A stretch of 64,000 nt of DNA from Narcine bancroftii (taxonomy: Eukaryota), in NCBI RefSeq assembly GCF_036971445.1, contig NC_091470.1, positions 96,534,001-96,598,000 on the forward strand, given 5' to 3'. Position numbers and translations under genes: made by a program. Position 1 is the first letter of the stretch, and the number at the start of each line of letters is the position of its first letter. Under the pieces are notes generated by a model that saw only the letters and a program-made list of their open reading frames with translations, searched no databases and was not told the origin of the DNA. Positions 25,208-37,935 of the stretch are shown here, piece by piece.

Positions 25208-25784
25208 GAGCATGGTGCCCCTCAGGCCCTCCTGAAGTCAACAACCATCTCTTTTGTTTTATTAACGTCCAGATACAGGTTGTTGGCTCTGCACCAGTCC
25301 TTTAGCGACTGCACCTCATCGCAGTACGCTCATTCCCTATTCTTACTGATTCTTACTGACTCCTAATTCTTTACTTCCTATGGACGCGGCGAACCAGACT
25401 GAGTTCCTCCAGTATTTACTGTGCGTTTGTACTACAATCACAACGTCTGCAGACTTTCACTCAGCAGATCAGGGTGGTTTGTGGAAAGAGAAACACTTGA
25501 TGTTCTCAGTCCAAAACCCTGATGAAAGGCTCTGGATGTAAAACATTAACTGTGTCTCTTTCCACAGATGCTGCCTGAACTGTTGAGTGTTTCCAGAACT
25601 TTGTTTTAATTTTGGCTCTCTAGCATCCTCTGCTTTTTTGATTGCTATAATTAAGCAATTAATAAAATTTAGATCAACTAGCAACCCACGAATCCTGTCG
25701 ACCAAGCCAGTATTCAGCTCCATTATCAGACTGACAAATTCTGAAAACCCCAGATTATGTAAAAAGATTGAACTGTAATGATAT

Positions 25785-26835
25785 AAAATGAGCACATCGG
25801 GCCTGCTGGGTCTAAACACCTCCCTCTGCAATTGGATTTCCGACTTCCTGTCGGGGAGATCTCAGGCAGTCTGGATTGGTAACAGCACTTCCAAGTCCTT
25901 CACACTGAGTACGGGGGCCCCCCTAGGGCTGTGTACTTCGTCCACTGTTGTTCACTCTGCTAAACCATGACTTTGCAGCTAAACACAGCTTGAACCAACT
26001 CAAATTCGCTGATGACACGACCGTGATGGGCCTGATCAATAAGAATAAGGAGTGAGCGTACAGCGATGTGGTGCAGTCGCTAACGGACTGGTACAGAGCC
26101 AACAACCATTAATTAAACAAAAGAGATGGTTGTCAACTTCAGGAGGGCCCGGGGGGACCACTCTCCGGTGACCATTGACGGCTCCACCGTTGAGGTCGTC
26201 AAGAGTATCAAGTTCCTCAGAGTGCACTTAGCGGAAAATCTCACCTGGTCCCTTAACACCAGCTCCATAGCCAAGAAAGCTCAGCATCACCTCGACTTCC
26301 TGTGAAGGCTGAGGAAAGTCCATCTCCCACCCTCCATCCTCACCACATTTTACAGAGGATGTATCAAGAGCATCCTTTGCAAATGCATCACCGCCTGGTT
26401 TGGAAGGTGTACCATCTCGGACCATAAGACCCTGCAGAGGATAGTGAGGTCAGCAGAAAAGATCATTGGAGACTCCCTTCCTACCATGACGGACATCGAC
26501 AACACTCGATGCAGGCGAAAGGAGATAAACATTGTGAAGGGCCCCACACACCCCTCACATAAACTTTTCTCCCTTCTGCCATCTGGTATGAGGGACCGTA
26601 GCACTTGGGCCCTAACATCCAGATTGGACAATTACTTTTTCCCTATGCCGTCAGGCTCCTGAATTCCCAGAACATTTGTGGATAGTGAACCGGGGTCTTT
26701 TTACTGTATTCGTCTTAATATTTTAATGTTTAACTATTCTAACATATTTATGTAAATCTGCTCTGTGGCCCTGGAGAAACGCTATCTTATCTTTACTGTG
26801 CGAGCATGATATGGATGATAAATAAAGGTGATGAC
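25785..26835 (+). mobile_element. Rex1/Babar-like LINE, 3' 1 kb
   Basis: [42 protein letters not shown]. Confidence 0.8.
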
Positions 26836-27164
26836 TTAAGGGGGATGATATTTGATGTTTGGTCAAATCTTCCCACCAAGGGAGCAGCACTGAGTACTTT
26901 AAACACAAAATCTTTTGAATCAAACTGATTGAGAACAGAAGCAAACACAAAAACTGCAGCTGGAGCAATGAGAAGCCAAGGGGCTTGGGGTCAGGCAGCA
27001 TCTGTGGAGAGAAATGGTCGGGAAATGTGACTAACCATTTCTACTCATGGACGCTGCTTGGCCTGCTGAGCCCATCCAGCTCCTCATTGTGAACCGATCC
27101 AGCAATCTATGGTAATTAATGCTTTCCCACTCTTGGAGACTAAAAGATGCACCAGAAAATAAAT

Positions 27165-27800
27165 CCATATGACATCGGAACAGAAATAGCCCATTCAGCC
27201 CATCGAGTCTGCCCCGCCATTTAATCATGAGCTAATCCATTTCCCTACTCAGCCCCACTGCCCGGCCTTCTCCCCGTAACCTTTGATGCCCTGGCGAAAC
27301 AAGAACCTATCAATCTCTGCCTTAAATACACCCAATGACCTGACATCCACACCCACCTCCCTCAGTCCAAAGAAATTCCTCCACATCTCTGTTCTAAGCA
27401 AATGCCCTTCAATCCTAAAGTTGTGCCCTCTTGACCAAGACTCTCCCACCGTGGGAAACAACCTTTCTATATCCACTCTGCCCACGCCTTTCAACATTCA
27501 AACTGTTTCAATGAGATCCCGCCCCCTCATTCTCCTAAATTCCAATGAGTACAGGCCAAGAGCTGTCAAATGCTCCTCATATGATAACCCCTTCATTCCC
27601 TGAATTATCCTTGTCAGCCTCTCCAATGACCCCACATTCTTTCTTAAATGAAGAACCCAAAACTACTTATAATATTCCAAGTGAGGTCTTACCAGTGCCC
27701 TACAAAGCCTCAACATCACATCCCTGCTCTTGTATTCTATTCTATTCTTCTTGAAATGAGCGCCACCTTCTTCACCACTGACTCAACTTGCAAGTTGAAA
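27165..27800 (-). mobile_element. CR1 LINE 3' fragment
   Basis: RVDIERLFP.VGES.SRGHNFRI...FKAEIDRFL. Confidence 0.8.
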
Positions 27801-27964
27801 ATGTACCATGCCATTAAGACGAATGGATTTTGATATCATCTTGTATCTATCGTCAAATCCTTGGGAAAAGTGTCAGCGATAGGCACCTTAATTGAACCGT
27901 TGTCCTTCAATGTATTAAGATTAATTCAAATAGTTGCCTCCATTTCAAAAGTCAAAGGGTTTAA

Positions 27965-28200
27965 GGCAGGGGCACAGTTGGCGGGGAGGTTAGCATGACA
28001 CCTTTGCAGCACCAGCGATCGGAACCGGACATGGGTTCGAATCCCACCCGTCTGTAAGGAGTTTGTGCGTTCTGCTTAGGTTTTCCCCAGTTGCTCCAGT
28101 TTTCTCCCACTATTCGAAACATACCTGGGGGGTGGGGGTGGGGGGGGGTGGGTAGGTTAATGGGGTGTAACTTGGGCAGCATGGACTCGTAGGGCCAAAT
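27965..28200 (+). mobile_element. tRNA-derived V-SINE (other copies at about 44590-44815 -, 45865-46010 +, 49350-49560 -)
   Basis: A/B boxes (ggttcgaatcc) followed by ctgtaaggagtttg core. Confidence 0.7.
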
Positions 28201-29329
28201 TGGAATGATATGAATGCTGTTGTGAATGTTATTGTCAGATTTGGTTCACTTGGGAAAAGAGAGACTAAATATCAGATGAAATGTAGAATTGAGTTGCAAT
28301 TTATTCTTTGTCATTATTGCCAGAGGAATATTTTCTGGACAATGATCCATTTAGAAATCATTTTCTGCTTTTATCTGTCATCAGAGGTCTAACTGATATC
28401 TTTCCAATTATTATGGGCGCTTAATAGACCGAGCTTTTAAATGCATTTGCATTTTCTTTATGCTTTGGTTACTTATCTTTTGACTGCAGTGATTAAATCT
28501 ACACATCACGGGGTTTCATGTCAACTTTTCTCTGCTTCAACAGAGCAGACATTTATTGTGTCCTCTTCTAGGCAGTGTAGCTGGGCAAGTGTTCTCCTTC
28601 GGTGAGAGGGGAGAAGGAGGGGCTGATGTCCTCTGAAGGTGAGGGATGAATAGGGGAGATGGACGGGGGGGGGGGGGGCGTTCCCTGAGGGGGCTGGGAG
28701 AGGTTCATCCATTCTGAGGGGAGGGGGATGAGGTTTGTCGTTCTGAGGGGAAGGACTCGGTGGTGGGGGTGGGTCAACCTCAGGGGCAGAGAGAGTTGGG
28801 GAGAGGTTCAATGTTTCTGAGAGGCATGGGGAAGAGAAGTTCACCATTTTGAGGAGGGGGGACAGAGACGAGGGGTTAACCCCTCAGAAGTGAGTGATGG
28901 GGAAGGAGGGGTTTAACCCTCCCCTTCTGAGGGAAGTGATGGGGAAGGAGGGATTAATACCCCTGAGGGGAGGAGTGGGGAAGGAAGGGTTCACCCTCTG
29001 AGAAGGAGGGAGAGATGGGGAGAGGTTCAGCGTTCTGAGGGGAGGGTCAGGGCCTAACCCCTCTGAAGGGAGGAATGGGGTCTAGGGATTAACGACTCTG
29101 AAGGGAGGAGCAGGGCAAGGAGTGGCTCGTTCCTTCCGAGGAGATGGAGAGGTGAGGAGAGGTTCATCTAAGGGAAGGGGCAGGGCTTGAGATGCATGTT
29201 TGGTGTGGTAAAAGGTGTGGGGGAGTGGGCAGATGATGGATGGGGGTTGGAGGGGTGGAGATGAGGGTTGGAGGGGGTGGGGGTGGAGGGGATCTCTGGG
29301 GTGGAGAAGGGAGGAGTCGAGGGGGGTAG

Positions 29330-30925
29330 GACTGTTCCAGGGGAGAGGGAAGTTGTGTTCCAGGGAGGGAGTTAGGAATGTTCAGGGGGAAGGGGGAGGT
29401 GTGTTCTGGGGGAGGGAAATTGTGTTCTGGGAGGGGAGTGTGCGACTGGGGAGGGGTGGGATAGGGGTGTTCCAGGGAGGGGGTGTTGGTGTATTCAGGG
29501 GGAGGGGTGTGTGTGTTCTGGAGGAGGGGTGTGTGTGTTCAGGGGAGGGGGATAGGTGTGTTCTGAGGAGGGGTGTTTGTGTGTTCAGAGGGAGGGGTGT
29601 GTGTGTTCAGGGGAGGGGGGTAGGTGTGTTCTGGGGAGGGGTGTTGGTGAGTTCAGGGGAGGGGTGTGTGTGTTCAGGGGAGGGGGATAGGTGTGTTCTG
29701 GGGAGGGGTGTTGGTGTGTTCAGGGGAGGGGGGTATGTGTGTTCAGGGGAGGGGGCAGGTGTGTTCAGGGGAGGGGGGTTGGTGTGTTCATGGGAAGGTG
29801 GCAGGTGTGTTTGGGGGAGGGGTTTAGGTGTGTTCAAGGGGAGGGGTTAGGTCTGTTCAGGTTGAGGGGAGCAGGTGTGTTCAGGGGAGGGGGTAGGTGT
29901 GTTTAGGGGAGGTGGTAGGTGTGTTTAGGGGAGGGGGAGAGATGTGTTCAGGGGTGGGGGTAGGTGTGTTTAGGGGAGGGGATAGGTGTGTTCAGGGGAG
30001 GTGGTAGGCATGTTTAGGGGAGGGGGGGTAGATGTGTTTAGGGGAGGGGGGTAGGTGTGTTTAGGGGAGGTGGTAGGTGTGTGTAGGGGAGGGGGAGAGA
30101 TGTGTTCAGGGGAGGGGGTAGGTGTGTTTAGGGGAGGAGAGCAGTGTGTTCAGGGGAGGTGGAGAGGTGTGTTCAGGGGAGGGGGTTAGGTGTGTTCAGA
30201 GGAAGGGGTAGGTGTGTTTAGGGAGGGTGGGGGTAGGTATGTTTAGGGGAGGGGGAGGTGTGTTCAGGGGAGAGGGTATGTGTGTCAGGGGAGGTAAGAG
30301 GTGTGTTCAGGGGAGATGGTAGGTGTGTTTAGGGGAGAGGGGAGAGGTGTGTTCAAGAGGGGGAGAAGTGTGTTCAGGGGGAGGGGGGAGGTGTGTTCAG
30401 GGGGAGGGGGGGAGGTGTGTTCAGGGGAGAGGGTAGGAGTGTTTAGGGGGAGGGGGTGTAGGTGTGTTCAGGGGGAGAAGGTAGGTGTGTTTAGGGGAAG
30501 GGGGAGAGGTGTGTTCAGGGGGAGGGGGTAGATGTGTTCATGTGTTCATGGGGAGGGGAGGGGGTAGGTGTGTTCATGTGTTCATGGGGAGGGGAGGGGA
30601 GGGGGTAGGTGTGTTCATGTGTTCATGGGGAGGGGAGGGGAGGGGGTAGGTGTGTTCATGTGTTCATGGGGAGGGGAGGGGAGGGGGTAGGTGTGTTCAT
30701 GTGTTCATGGGGAGGGGAGGGGGTAGGTGTGTTCATGTGTTCATGGGGAGGGGAGGGGAGGGGGTAGGTGTGTTCATGTGTTCATGGGGAGGGGAGGGGA
30801 GGGGAGGGGGTAGGTGTGTTCAGGGGGAGGGGAGGGGGTAGATGTGTTCAGGGGGAGGGGAGGGGGTAGATGTGTTCAGGGGGAGGGGAGGGGGTAGATG
30901 TGTTCAGGGGGAGGGGAGGGAGTAG
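29330..30925. repeat. G-rich minisatellite, unit about 20-35 bp (gggagggggtaggtgtgttcag), preceded by older degenerate purine-rich repeats at 28580-29330
   Basis: Dozens of visible tandem gtgtgttcagggg units. Confidence 0.95.
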
Positions 30926-30929
30926 GCTG

Positions 30930-31246
30930 CCCGGTTCACTGCACGTTGCGGCTGCACGGAGCTGTGTTGCAGCGCCTGCGAGCCGGGGCGGTTGCGGAGC
31001 CGGGGCTCAGCGCTCCGCTGCAGGGACCGGCTCTCCCACAGCCCCGCGGCAGACGGACCTGGCGCTGCCCGCCGACCGCAGCACCGGAGCAGCCGCCCCC
31101 CCCCCTCCCCCTACACCGGGTCGCTTCGGGACACTTCAGGCCTTTGGAAACGGGCGTCCCCTTCAGCAGCCGACGGAGCAGAACGGTAACACCGGCCTCC
31201 TGCACCTCTCGGAGCCCGATCCTCCGCCCCCTGCGGGCCGCTGCAG
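30930..31246 (+). promoter_or_regulatory. CpG island and probable non-coding first exon of the NPY receptor gene
   Basis: CpG-rich; no ATG seen; ends at donor CAG|GTGAGG (31246/31247); matching acceptor ttttccctacgcag at 34868. Confidence 0.6.
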
Positions 31247-32074
31247 GTGAGGAGCCCTTCTTGTGTACCGTCTCGATGGGCTGAATGGCCGTTTGCCATT
31301 ACGCAGCCTCTCTCGGTGGGCTGTTTTCCTGTTCCCGTAAAATAGGTTGGGGAAGAGCGTCTTCTCCCCATCCTATGTGACATTAGAGAGCGGGACGGGA
31401 GATCGCATGGTTCAGTAGGGCAGAAAGGCCTCCAAGTTCCTCTGTGGCCACCTGGTTTTCCTGCACTGCAGGTTCCACGGGATATTTGGCATTGTACTTC
31501 TCCTCAATGACCACTCCCTCTGAGACCATGATCGCCCTCTTAGAGTTGACTGGTCAGTATCTTTCTCCCTGGTCCTAACTGATGGCAAAGGTGACTGACC
31601 CCGTCAGGGCAAGATGAGGTGCTATTCCATTAGCCCAAGGCTCTGGTAGCTCAGAGTGGAAGTGGGCTGGAGAAAATTAGTATGGTGGCAGCAGGAAGGT
31701 CAGGGCTGACCTGTGGACTGAATGCAGGTGCTCTGGAAGACTCCATACTGTCAGAGACTGTCTGGGCTTCTGGGTGGCTGGGAAGGGACAAGGTAATGCC
31801 TGCAGTTACAAAGGTAAAGGAAAGTGCCCTAAGAAGAGGCCAGGAGATTAAATCACAGCTGCCAGATGGAAAGAGAAGCAGGAGTGACATGGGGAGAAAC
31901 CCCTTTTTTATGCAAGGTGTAGCTGGAACCTGGAATAACATCCTTGCAAAACCTTCAGGGGGGAACTGGAAAAGGTTCAGCTGAAGGGAGCTGGGACGAA
32001 CCGACTGAGTTGCTCAGATGAAGGTAAAAAAAGGTAAAAGTTCCATAATTGTCACATACATTAATGTGACAACC

Positions 32075-33260
32075 ACTCCACAGCAGATGCAATATCGCTG
32101 GCTCTCCACAAAGCTTTGGATCACCTCGAAAACAGCAACTCATACATACGGCTGCTCTTCATCGACTACAGCTCGGCCTTTAACACCATTATTCCCTCAG
32201 TACTGGTCAATAAGCTACAAACTCTAAATCTCTCTATCCACCCCCCCCCCCCACCCCCTCTGCAATTGGATCCTTGACTTTCTCATCGGCAGACTTTAAT
32301 CAGTAGGAAATGGAAACACCGCCCCCTCCTCACTGATCATCAATGCAGGCACACTCCAAAGATGCATGCTTAACCCACTGCTCAACTCCCTGTCATACAC
32401 CTCATGACTGTGTGGTCAGACACAATTCCAATGCAGGTTTGCGATGTCACCACAGATTTATTGTCAGAGTCACATGCCTTCCTGAGATTCTGTTTCCTGT
32501 GGGTGAGGCAGAATTACCACATATTGCCAACGGCAATGAGGAAGCAGACAGGATGGAGATAGATCAGCTCATTAAATGGTTTAATGGACACAACCTTCTA
32601 CTCGATGTCAACAAAACCAAGATGATTGTAGACTTCAGGAGGAAGTCAAGGGAACATGACCCATCGAGGGGTCAGTAGTAGAGAGGGCCAAGAACTTCAA
32701 ATTCCTGGGTGTCAACATCTCTGAGGATCTGTCCTGGAGCGTCCACGTTGATGCAATCACAAAGAAGGCTCGCCAGTAGCTATACTTTGTGAGGTGTCTG
32801 AGGAGATTCGTTATGTTACCAAAGACTCTTGTAAACTTCTACAGGTGAACCGTGGAGAGCATTCTGGCTGATGGCATCATTGCCTGGTATGGAGGTGCAA
32901 ACTCTCAGGACAAGAATAAACTCCAGAGGATTGTTAACTTGGCCGGTGACGTTACAGGCACCAGACTTCACTCCATCGAGGACATCTACATGAGACGGTG
33001 TCTTCTCAAAGACCTCACCACCCTTCTTCACTCTGCTACCATCAGGGTAAAGGTACAGGAGCTTAAAGATGGGGACTCAGCAGCACAAGGACAGCTTCTT
33101 CCCCGCTGCCATCAGATTCCTGAATGATCAATGAACTATAGACACAGCCATACTTTTCGTGCACTGTTTTTTTAAAATTTTTATAGCAATGTTGTAAGAT
33201 GGTTATAATATGAACATTCTGCAAACACTGAACTTCATGAGAATAAATCCTGATCCTGAA
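32075..33260 (+). mobile_element. Rex1/Babar-like LINE fragment in the NPY receptor intron
   Basis: RLLFIDYSSAFNTIIP, NLLLDVNKTKMIVDFR, ESILADGIIAWYG. Confidence 0.8.
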
Positions 33261-33438
33261 AATGTAATATACATGTAATTCTTTAACTTTTGATTAAGGC
33301 AGAGAGTCGCCACTTTGTCCAGCGCCCCTCACAGAAACCTACAGCACCTGGTGTCCCTAGGCGGTCTACCCTCCAAGTACTGACCAGGCCTGCGCCTGCT
33401 TAGCTTCCGACATCAGACAACCCCAGGCGTATTCAGGC
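33260..33438 (-). mobile_element. 5S rRNA-derived sequence (33335-33438, about 16 nt missing at the 5' end) with a non-5S tail: SINE3-like element or 5S pseudogene
   Basis: Reverse complement contains tcggaagctaagcagg..ggcctggtcagtacttgga..agaccgcct...ggtgctgtaggttt, matching vertebrate 5S boxes A/C with many substitutions. Confidence 0.8.
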
Positions 33439-35041
33439 CTCCTTCTGCGCAACAGCCATTCTGTAACACCACCACATGCCAGATTCTAATTTTGCTAGTA
33501 CGTTTGGCAGCCCTTTCTTTCCCATCTTTAGTTGGCAAAAGCTGCTTGTCTCTCTCTAGCCACTGACCCAGCATGAATGTCCATTCACAGAAGAGTACCA
33601 TGTTTCTACACTTTGGAGAGCAGAGAGTGTTTGCAACCACTACTAAAGGCCAACCCCTAACTTTCAAACTCGGCTCTCTTGTCAGTTTCATCAAATAATG
33701 GAACCTACTCTGTGTAATCTCACAATTTAACCAATGGAATCCAGATTACATCTGGTAAATCTACATAAAGTCACTCCAAGGCTGATCTACCCAACATTGC
33801 TCTCAGTGGCCTAACGTGGACTGCAGGTAGTGTGCCCCCCCTGTATTCTTGGGGAGGGAGGGGGTGGTGCACCATTCGGCCGACTAAAGATGACCCCTTC
33901 ACTACCGAGGAGAAGCCTGCGGTCGGCACCACGTGTAGACTAAGGGAACTCCCCCGGTGCCATCGGCCAAGGAGTGGCGCCGCGACACGCTGGCGTCACT
34001 TCTGGAAGTGGGCGCCCCCTTCGCGCATTGCGGTGAATTCAAACAACAAAATTGGTTTACTAGTTCACCCTTTCTTTAGGTGGACGTCTCTTTATTCCGT
34101 AGCTCTGCTGACGCAGACTTTCCTTTATTTGTTTACATGTGAACATTGAGTCAATTTTTATTTGCGGTGCCAATATGTGGTAATTCTGCATCACCCACAG
34201 GAAACAGATTCTCAGGATGGTATGTGACTTTGACAATAAATCTGAGCCTGTTTTGTCATTCAGTAAAATCTTTACATTCTGTATAATTCTCTTGCTGTTG
34301 AAAAATCTGTGCCTTAAATACGCTGAACGAGGCGACTTCAACTGGCTCACCAGGTAGAGAATTCCACAGATTCTCTTCTCTCTGGGAGAAGCTGTTCTGT
34401 CTTAAATCTACTCCATGAATCCTGAGGCTATGGGACGCTGGGACCGTTTGGGCAGGCTCTAAGATGTGTGCCACGTAAAAGTACTATGTTTTTTTTAAAC
34501 TTTCCTTTACATTGAGACACAAAAGAATGCGGAGTGAAAAAAAAACAAACAGGTGGAGGAACTGAGTGGGTCAGGCAGCAGCCGTGTGGGGAAAGGGGCT
34601 GTTGTTATATCAGGCAGGGACCTGAAACACTAAGTATTTCTTTGCCTGCAGATGCAGTGGACTGAAAGTTCCTCCAGCTGTTTGCGTTTCGCTTGCACTG
34701 AGATTGGTTTTCCATTGCCTGCAATGCCACGCTGTGCTCCCTGATGTTTATTGACTGACCCAAAACACTGGCTGTTTCTCAATCCACAGATGGTGTCCAA
34801 CCTGCTGAGTTTTACGGCGCTTCCTGTCATTGTGTTTGACACGTGTGTGGTTTGTTTTCCCTACGCAGGAGGCTCCCGGCGGCCTAGAGGAAGTGGGATG
34901 TAGATTTCTGGCTCCCGATCGGGGAAGAGGAAGTGAAAGGGTGCCGGAGATGAGCTGAGGGAGGAGCGCAAAGACAGGGCCGAGGAGATGCCACTTGCTT
35001 TGGGGCGCCAGTGAGGGAAACCGTGCTGAGCCCGTCGAAAG

Positions 35042-36157
35042 ATGGATTGGAGGTGGAATGGGACTGTAAGGTTCCCCAACGCCTCCTGGCTGAACTCCTC
35101 GCTATTGATGGAGCAGTTCCCACTGTGCTCTGACTCTGTCAGTACCACCACCTTCCTGCTCTTGGCCTACAGTGCGGTGATGGCGGTGGGTGTGATCGGC
35201 AACACCTGCCTGGTCCTGGTTATCACTCGGCAGAAAGAGATGCGCAATGTTACCAACGTCCTGATCGCCAACTTGTCCTGCTCAGACATCCTGATTGCCG
35301 TCATCTGCCTGCCGGTGACAGTGATCTACACCATGATGGACCGCTGGATCCTGGGCGCCATGCTGTGCAAGCTGACCCCATTTGTGCAGTGCACCTCCAT
35401 CACCGTCTCCATTCTCTCCTTGGTGCTCATAGCTTTGGAGAGGCACCAATTAATCATTAACCCAACCGGTTGGAAGCCAGCAGTGGGCCATGCCTACTTG
35501 GCTGTGGTCGTCAGTTGGCTGGTGGGATGCTTTGTCTCCTTGCCCTTTGTATCCTTCAATGTTTTGACCAGCATGCCCTATGCAAACATCTCCTTTCTCC
35601 CAGAGGGTCTGGGAGACCAGGTGGCCTGCGTCGAGCACTGGTCTTCGCAGAGACAGAAGCTGGCCTATACCACCTGCCTCCTGGTCTTCCAGTACGGGCT
35701 CCCACTGCTCCTGATGCTCACTTGTTACTTCCGGATCTTCCTGCGCCTGCGGAGGAGGCGGGAGATGGTGGACCGGCCCCGGGGAGGCATCCACAAGGTC
35801 AGCCACAGCCGCAGAGTCAACCTCATGCTGGCCTCCATCGTGGTGGCCTTCGGCCTCTGCTGGCTGCCGCTCACCGTCTTCAACACGGTGTTTGACTGGA
35901 ACCACACCGCCATCTCTGTCTGCCATCACAACCTGATCTTCTCCCTCTGCCACCTGACCGCCATGCTGTCGACCTGCGTCAACCCTGTCATCTATGGCTT
36001 CCTCAATGCCAACTTCCAGAAGGAGGTGAAAGCCATGCTGTACCAGTGCCGCTGCAGCAGTACCTCGGAGAAGTACGAGACCTTCCCACTCTCCACGGTT
36101 AACACTGAGCTCTCAAAGGCTTCCCTGCACCTGGGGTGCACCAACAATAACGTCTAA
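35042..36157 (+). CDS. npy8r: Neuropeptide Y receptor, Y1 subfamily, most like Y8 (371 aa, intronless 7TM GPCR)
   Basis: [70 protein letters not shown]; [15 protein letters not shown] and TPFVQC match recalled teleost Y8 better than Y4; strong Kozak AAGATGG. Confidence 0.88.
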   Translation: MDWRWNGTVRFPNASWLNSSLLMEQFPLCSDSVSTTTFLLLAYSAVMAVGVIGNTCLVLVITRQKEMRNVTNVLIANLSCSDILIAVICLPVTVIYTMMDRWILGAMLCKLTPFVQCTSITVSILSLVLIALERHQLIINPTGWKPAVGHAYLAVVVSWLVGCFVSLPFVSFNVLTSMPYANISFLPEGLGDQVACVEHWSSQRQKLAYTTCLLVFQYGLPLLLMLTCYFRIFLRLRRRREMVDRPRGGIHKVSHSRRVNLMLASIVVAFGLCWLPLTVFNTVFDWNHTAISVCHHNLIFSLCHLTAMLSTCVNPVIYGFLNANFQKEVKAMLYQCRCSSTSEKYETFPLSTVNTELSKASLHLGCTNNNV

Positions 36158-36449
36158 ACCTCAGCCACATTGTGCCTTTGTGGACCATTTGACCACTGAC
36201 GTTCTTGCAGCTAATTGTTCTGTCCATCTTCCCCGTGCCCAGGTTTACAGTTGGAAGACCCCAATAGGGTTTCCTGTAGGCATGCCATTATATGACCGTA
36301 GACTACCTGGAGAGCGTCCAATGGTGTGAAGAATTACCTTTCCTAAAGGTGACACCTCCAGTGAGACAGAAGGCAGCCGTAGATAAGCAAAGAGATCGAT
36401 TTTTTTTTGCCTCATCCCATCGTGTAGGGATTCAGCTTGAACCAGAGGT

Positions 36450-36940
36450 AGTTGGAACATTATAGCACAGAATCAGGCCCCTTCGGCCCTTCTAGCCCAT
36501 GCCAAACTATTTTTCTGCCTAGTCCCACTGACCTACACCTCGTCCATGGCCCTCCATCCATGTACCTGTCCAAATTCTTCTTGTGTTAAAAATGAACCCA
36601 CATTCACCTCTTCAGCTTGTTCCACACCCCCACCACTCTGTGTGAAGAAATTCCCCCTAAACCTTTCCCCTTTCACCCTTAACCAATGTCCTCTGGTTTG
36701 TATCTCACGCACCCTCAATGGTAAAAGCCAACCTACATTTACTCTGTCTATACCCCTCATAATTTTAAATATCAAATCTTCCCTTACTCTTCTACGCTCC
36801 TGTTTAATCTTTCCCTGTAACACTGTTCCTGAAGTCCAGGCAAGCACTCTTTCAATTTTATTGATATCTTTCCTGTGGTTAGGTGACCAAAACTGCTCAC
36901 AGTTCTCCAAATTTGGCCTCATCAGTGTCTTATACAAGAT
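36450..36940 (-). mobile_element. CR1 LINE 3' fragment
   Basis: YKTLMRPNLENCEQFWSP..RKDI.KIERV. Confidence 0.8.
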
Positions 36941-37086
36941 GAACTGGTTTAGGTTTGATGATTGGGGCAGAGTGGCCGTTCAGTTGCCTGAGCAAGAGTC
37001 TTCTGGTATGATCAGGGGTGGGGTCGATGGACAACTTGGTCCAGGGCTTCGTGGGAGCCAAACCTGCTGACAGAATTTGCTTTTAC

Positions 37087-37210
37087 TTGCTCTTTGCGCA
37101 ATATTAAAACGATGTACCCCAAGGGGCCACGTTAGCTCGCAGGCAGCATGCCGCGCAATATTAAAATGAGGCACCCCAAGGGGCCACGTTAGATCACAGG
37201 TAGCATGCCA
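37087..37210. repeat. Two tandem copies of about 59 bp
   Basis: gcgcaatattaaaa...ccccaaggggccacgttag...agcatgcc, twice. Confidence 0.8.
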
Positions 37211-37374
37211 TTTCTCATCTGGTGTAATGTTTATTTAGCATGGTTGCTGGTCTTTGGGCCTTTTGTTCACTTAAAGGAGTCTTCACTTGTCATGTTACTG
37301 AGTCTAACTTGTTGGCTGGGAACATTGTAAACCAGATGTCTACAAGTTCTGCAACATTAAATGCACAGAGTGAA

Positions 37375-37935
37375 AAGGCCTAGTGGGAAGGCTCAACAAC
37401 TAATTGTGAGCCTGGATGGGAGGCTCGGCAACTCATCCCTGGCCTGATGGGAGGGATCAATGACTCAGCCTGGGCCTGGTGGGAAGGCTTAATGAATCTG
37501 CCTGGGCCTAGTGAGAAGGCTCATTGGCTTAGCCTGGGCCTAGTGGGAGGGCTCAGTGAACTAGCCTGGGCCTAGTGGGAAGGCTCAGCAACTCAACTTG
37601 GACCTGTGGGAAGGGCTAGCAACTCAGCCTGGGCCCAGTGGGAAGGCTTAATGAATCTGCCTGGGCCTAGTGAGAAGGCTCATTGGCTTAGCCTGGGCCT
37701 AGTGGGAGGGCTCAGTGAACCAGCCTGGGCCTAGTGGGAAGGCTCAATGTCTCAGCCTGGGCCTACTGAGAAGGCTCATTGGCTTAGCCTGGCCCTAGTA
37801 TAAATGCTCATTGACAGTTCGGAAGGCTGAGCGACTTGGAGTGGGTGGCCTAGTGGGAAGGCTCAGCAACTTGGAGAGGGGCCTAGTGGGAAGGCTCAGT
37901 GACTTGGAGTGGGGCCTAGTGGGAAGGCTCAGTGT
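37375..37935. repeat. Minisatellite, unit about 32 bp (gcctgggcctagtgggaaggctca...)
   Basis: About 16 copies, including a higher-order duplication of several units (37477-37585 resembles 37637-37745). Confidence 0.9.

Noticed and set aside
29215-30930. Gly/Val-rich ORFs
   Set aside because: Translations of the G-rich minisatellite
31160-31185. REST/RE1 site (ttcagcagccgacggagcag)
   Set aside because: Only the left half resembles the consensus; spacing and right half are poor
33335-33438. Functional 5S rRNA gene
   Set aside because: 5' end missing, many substitutions, not in a tandem array
35450-35953. Antisense and alternative-frame ORFs over the receptor
   Set aside because: Shadow ORFs of a GC3-rich CDS
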